A stretch of DNA of 64,000 bases from Salpingoeca rosetta. Its lineage: Eukaryota > Protista > Choanoflagellata. The DNA is taken from the NCBI GenBank assembly GCA_033442325.1, contig JAWQFM010000018.1, positions 777,730 to 841,729 of the forward strand, in the 5' to 3' direction. This document shows positions 59,001 through 64,000 of this stretch, one piece after another. The first letter of the stretch is position 1. Each line of letters opens with the position of its first letter. The position numbers and the translations under genes were made by a program. The notes below the pieces were generated by a model. It saw only the letters and a list, made by a program, of their open reading frames with translations. It ran no database searches and was not told the origin of the DNA.

Positions 59001-62000
59001 TGTCGTGGTGGTGGTGGTAGTAGTTGTGGTTGTGGTTGTCGTGGTGGTGGTAGTGGTGGTTGTGGTTGTTGCGAGGACGCTTGAGGCGACTGAGGACGAG
59101 GCGAAGGAGCCCGTTGTGGTGGACGTCGTGGTAGTGGTCGTGGTCGTGGTCGTCGTGGAAACGACACGGCGTGCGCGGTGGCCTGAGGCAGCGCTCAGGA
59201 TGGTGCGATATGAAGACAAATCCTCGCCTGGAGGTTGCGGGGTGGTGAAGTGTGTCGTGGGTGGGCGGAGGTAAGTGGTGAGGGGGGTGGGGTGGGGATT
59301 TGGAAAGAGATGAAAGGTGAATTCGACAATCGCAACTCCAAGTTGAACATACTGAGCTGGACGACGTCTGAATGGTCCATGCGCAGGCACCACTGCTCGT
59401 TGCTTGCAGGGAGCTGTTGGGACGGTGGGTGGGTGTTGGGAGAAGGGGTTGGGGAGAAGAGGGGGGATAATGGAGAAGGGGAGATGGGATGTGAGGAAGA
59501 GTGGGATGTTGGGCTGTGCATGATGTGTGGTTGGGGTTGGGAGGGAGAGAGGGAACTAGGGAAAGGGGGGGAGAGACACAGAGAGCGAGAGAAGAGATGC
59601 AGTGTGTGTGTGTGTGTGTGGTGCAAAACAAGACGCACCGAAGAGTGGATCATCTGCATGTGTGTCCAGTCTGCGGACGCGGCGGCCGGGGTCAGCGTGG
59701 AGATGGTGGTGACCTCAATGTCGTCTGAAGAGATTTTGTTTTTGTTTTTGGGGGGGGTTGGGAGGACAGCGGAGGTGAGGAATGAATGATGATGCAGGTG
59801 TGGGGTAGGATGGTGACGATATCACGCGGTGGAGGTGTTGCTGATGTACTTACCATCGAGGGTGATGGAGAGGAGGGTGTGACCGCAGAAGTTGCCGTTG
59901 TTGTTACTGCCAACAAGGGCGTGACCACCAGCGAGGATGGACGCCGAGGAAGCTACCAAAAGGAAAGGGGGGAGGGTGGAGGAGATGTGCATTGGAGTGT
60001 GAGTGTTTGTGTGTGTGAGTGTGTTTGTGTGTGTGTGTGTGTGTGTTTGTGCGTGTGTGTGTGTTTGTGCGTGTGCGTGTGCGTGTGTTTGTGTGTATGT
60101 GTGTGTGTGAGTGCCAAGGACGCACATGCGCTGGGAGGTGCCAATGGGTTGTTGTGTGGATTTATGTTTTGCAAGGCACGAGGAGAACCGAACGGTCGGT
60201 GGCAAGGTGCCCACACCTTTGGAGAGCGCGGCGAAGACGGTGAGGGCGTCGGGGGCATCGGCGAGCTGGGCAGAGGAGAGGACAATGGAGGCCTCCAGCG
60301 CATCTGCAAGCACAGCCTTGTCGACACCAAACACAGCTGTTGTTTGTTTGTTGGTGGTGTGCGTGGGGGGGAGGAGGGGGTGAGTGAGCGGGTTGGTGGG
60401 GAGTTAGGAGAAGGGGGTGGGGAAGTGGCAACGTAAGCAGGTGACTGTGTCGGGGACGGTGATGTGTACCTTGGGAGACAGCGGAAACAGACGACTCAAG
60501 GTCAAGGCCTGTTGCCAGAGCGATGCTGGAGGTGCTCACATCACCGTCCATGCCAATGAACACCGCGGCGGATGTCTGAGGGTGTGTGTGAGTGCGGGGT
60601 GTGTGTGTGGGGGGGGNNNNNNNNNNNNNNNNNNNNNNNNNNNNNNNNNNNNNNNNNNNNNNNNNNNNNNNNNNNNNNNNNNNNNNNNNNNNNNNNNNNN
60701 NNNNNNNNNNNNNNNNNNNNNNNNNNNNNNNNNNNNNNNNNNNNNNNNNNNNNNNNNNNNNNNNNNNNNNNNNNNNNNNNNNNNNNNNNNNNNNNNNNNN
60801 NNNNNNNNNNNNNNNNNNNNNNNNNNNNNNNNNNNNNNNNNNNNNNNNNNNNNNNNNNNNNNNNNNNNNNNNNNNNNNNNNNNNNNNNNNNNNNNNNNNN
60901 NNNNNNNNNNNNNNNNNNNNNNNNNNNNNNNNNNNNNNNNNNNNNNNNNNNNNNNNNNNNNNNNNNNNNNNNNNNNNNNNNNNNNNNNNNNNNNNNNNNN
61001 NNNNNNNNNNNNNNNNNNNNNNNNNNNNNNNNNNNNNNNNNNNNNNNNNNNNNNNNNNNNNNNNNNNNNNNNNNNNNNNNNNNNNNNNNNNNNNNNNNNN
61101 NNNNNNNNNNNNNNNNNNNNNNNNNNNNNNNNNNNNNNNNNNNNNNNNNNNNNNNNNNNNNNNNNNNNNNNNNNNNNNNNNNNNNNNNNNNNNNNNNNNN
61201 NNNNNNNTTGGAGTGTGGGGTGTGAGTGTGTGTGTGAGGGTGTGTGTGTGTGTGTGTGAGAGAGTGTGTGTGTGTGAGTGTGTGAGTGTGTGACAGGTTG
61301 AGCATGGACGCGAGTTCATGTATGAAGCAGGCAAATTGCATGCGTGCATGCAAGAGAGAGGGAGGAGGCTCACCTCGAGGGAGCGCATGAGGGCGTCAAG
61401 GCCGGAAACGATGTAGGACTCGTCGTCGAGGACAACGCAGCGGCTGCACTCTGCCAATGCCGTGGCGATGGCCTGTGTGCAGTTTTTTTTTTGGGGGGGG
61501 GGAGGGGTAAGCAAGGGAGGGGGTGTTGGAGAGGGGGTTGAAAGGGGTGAGTGAGTGAGTGAGGAAGAGAGTGAGAGTGAAACAGTCAGTGACAGAGTGA
61601 GTTTGTGTGTGGGGGGGGGGGTGGTTGGGGCAACGCAGAGACGGCGTTGCAAGCGGACAACACGTGATGATGCACACACACACACACACGCACAAGTGTC
61701 GCAGAGCAGCGAAAAGTATGCACGCACCTTGGCGTGCGCCATGTCGGACTGGGAGCTGATGGACAGGGGCAGTGGGCGAGAGGCAACGCTGCCATACTCG
61801 CTCATCTCCGCCACGTCCGCATCATCCGCGAAGAACACCTACAGATGGAAAAGAGTCGGCGAAGTGGGGGGGGGGAATGAGCGGGTGAGTGAGTGAGTGG
61901 AGGGGCAGTAAAAGGGCAGGAAAGGGGAAGGGAAAGGGAAAGCGGATACCTGCAAGCAAGCAAGCAAGTACAGGATTGCAGAACAAAGCACACATGCGAA

Positions 62001-62784
62001 CACACTTCGATGGAGCCGTGGTAGTTGTCCTGTTGCCTGAGGTTCTGCACAATGACTTGTGCCCTGTTTCGAGTTGTGCGCGGCGGGGTTTGTGCGACGA
62101 GGTTAGTTGTGTGAGCTGCTGTCAGGAAGGACATCGGTGCGGTCAGGGTTTGTTTGTGGATGCATGCAAGCAAGCACGCGAGACAAGAAGGTGGTGTTGT
62201 GGAGAAGGGGACGTGGAGCGTGTACCTCGCAGTGTCTGTGGCGACGAGGACAAGGCCAAGGCCGGAGCCCTGGTTGAGCTGTAGTTGTGCTTGTTGGTTG
62301 TGCGAAGAAGACTGTTGTGCTCGTTGGCGAAGCTGTGCAAGGTTCAGCTGCATGGGAAGTGCTGGATGATGATAGGGGGGGAGGGGGAGTGTGATGGAGG
62401 TGGGATGTGAGGATGATGGGGGATGTGAGGAGAGGGTGTCTTTGCTTGATGTGTGTGGTGGATGGTTCGCATCATCACGAAAAGCACATCGTTGGCCAGT
62501 ACAGTGCACCAGTCTTGCGTCGTTGTGTATCGCATGCAGTGCCGTGAACTCCACCAATCGATCACACACACACACATACACATACACATATACACACGAC
62601 AACAAACGAACATGCTAACATGCGCTGCGTGCGCACACACACGCACACGCACCCACGCACGCATGCATGCTGGCAGGGCACATCCACCACCATCGCACAA
62701 CGACTCACGTCGAGCGGCGACCAGGAAGGCGAAGCACAGCACAAGCGCTGCGCATGCCTGCACACCATGCGATGACAAGCGCAT
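56031..62784 (-). CDS. Secreted mucin-like lectin: putative signal peptide, degenerate GT71-like domain, RARR site, 4 C-type lectin domains in poly-Thr linkers, C-terminal CBM-like beta-sandwich; 5' exon uncertain
   Basis: Large last exon (~59229-56031) with four CTLDs ([46 protein letters not shown]). It ends in [36 protein letters not shown]. Eight small upstream exons (62348-59352) join in phase. Candidate signal [24 protein letters not shown] at 62784, but its phase to the next exon is unresolved. Confidence 0.8.
57365..58950 (-). repeat. Three near-identical ~390-bp intragenic repeats (CTLD1-3)
   Basis: Blocks ~58563-58950, ~58010-58395 and ~57365-57752 share long identical stretches such as ccacgtgcccgtgcgaacatcgttctcgttgcgcgcgttcagc. 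Confidence 0.9.
60617..61207. other. Assembly gap within an intron of the lectin gene
   Basis: Run of n. Confidence 0.99.
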
Positions 62785-63895
62785 GGCTGGACGGTGGCTG
62801 CTGCTGTGATGGGAACAAGGAAGCTGGCTCGGGCTCGCTGTGGATGGATGGATGGATGGAAGCGGGGGGTTGGTTGGTTTTGGCGCAACAAGCAGAGCAA
62901 GGTGAATGAATGAACGAGTGTTCGAGGTGGGGGTTGGATAGATGCAACCACTACGAGTGGACCAACAGGCACAATGAATGAACTGCGCCGAATGAATGCA
63001 ATAGCGGCAGTGGATGGATGGGTGGGGCTTTGAGGGTGGTGCTTGCTGGTGCAAGCTCGCACAACTGCTGCTGTTGCTTGTGAGTGGGTGGGTGAGGAGG
63101 GACTCACCTTCAAAACTGATGGGCACCACGCCGCAAGTACAAAATGGATATGGTGGCGGGGGGGGGAGCGGAGCGGAGCGTGGTCGGAGGAGAGGGTGGG
63201 TGCACAAGACACACAGGCGTGAGCGGAAGCGATGTGGAGGTAGGTGAGAGAGGGTGTGGAAAGGATTTTGGTGGTCGCCAACACAGTGCACGGGGAATGT
63301 GGTGTGCACATGAACAAGACGAGGCAGAGGACGGACCAAACACACACGCACAAGGGGACGGACAAACCCGCACGCACGCATGCAGGGGAGGGCGAGGCAC
63401 ACACACAGCGATGCAAGCAAGACACACAGCCGCACCCCACCTGGCTCAAGCGTCGCACGACAAAACACCAACGCGCGTGTGTGTGAGTGTTTGAATGAGT
63501 GGCTGTGGCTGGTCAGGTGTCAGTGAGTGAGTGAGTGAGTGAGTGTGGAGTGAGCGGGTGCAGTCAAAACAACACACACCCAAAACAGCGTGCGTCGCCA
63601 AAACAATCACAACGCCAAGTTTTTCTTCTCTCTCTGTGTGCGTGTGCGCTGTGGCCGCGGCGGGGCGCAGGCGGAATTTTTAATTTTTTTGCCTCTTTGC
63701 TGGTGGCGTTTTTGCTTGCATGCAACCCGCACGACGCACCGCCCAGCAGAGAACAATGGCCTCTCTGTTTCATTTTGGCGTTGGAGAGTGCGCATTTTGG
63801 TTGGATGCATGGAGATGGTGGATAGACGACACAAAGTATATGTGTCGGTGTGAGAATTTGTGGTGTCGTGGTGGAGGTGTGTTTGGTGTGTGTGT

Positions 63896-64000
<105 letters not shown>

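Noticed and set aside
56031-62784. Identity with Rosetteless (rtls) or Couscous
   Set aside because: Rosetteless is described with two CTLDs, and Couscous with a PAN/Apple domain and a predicted active GT. This gene has four CTLDs, a degenerate GT-like domain and a CBM-like end, so no symbol was assigned.

Overview
Intron-rich, GC-rich eukaryotic DNA in which most introns carry (GT)n/(CA)n microsatellites. This style and the gene content suggest a choanoflagellate, probably Salpingoeca rosetta (inference, not checked). Most ORF-track entries (CVCV/HTHT runs) are microsatellite artefacts, so genes were rebuilt by hand-splicing at GT..AG. Thirteen genes are supported. Housekeeping genes: COG7 (partial), TFIIF-alpha/RAP74, SDHB, PAT10/Asterix, an E. 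coli-type purB, a LIAT1-like gene and DHX16/Prp2. Unusual architectures: (1) a protein ending in a nuclear-receptor-like C4-C4 zinc finger; (2) a Rho_N/HeH-like + LRR + intact PIN nuclease + RGG protein; (3) a long coiled-coil protein with a C-terminal GAR domain; (4) a secreted Cys-rich/somatomedin-B/Kelch protein; (5) a PTP-SH3 phosphatase; (6) a secreted protein with a degenerate GT71 mannosyltransferase-like N-domain, an RARR convertase site, Thr-rich mucin linkers, four C-type lectin domains and a CBM-like C-terminal domain. A palindromic motif ACTGAnnTCAGT recurs in three short intergenic regions. Four N gaps are present. All domain calls come from motif recognition by eye and need HMM or structure confirmation.
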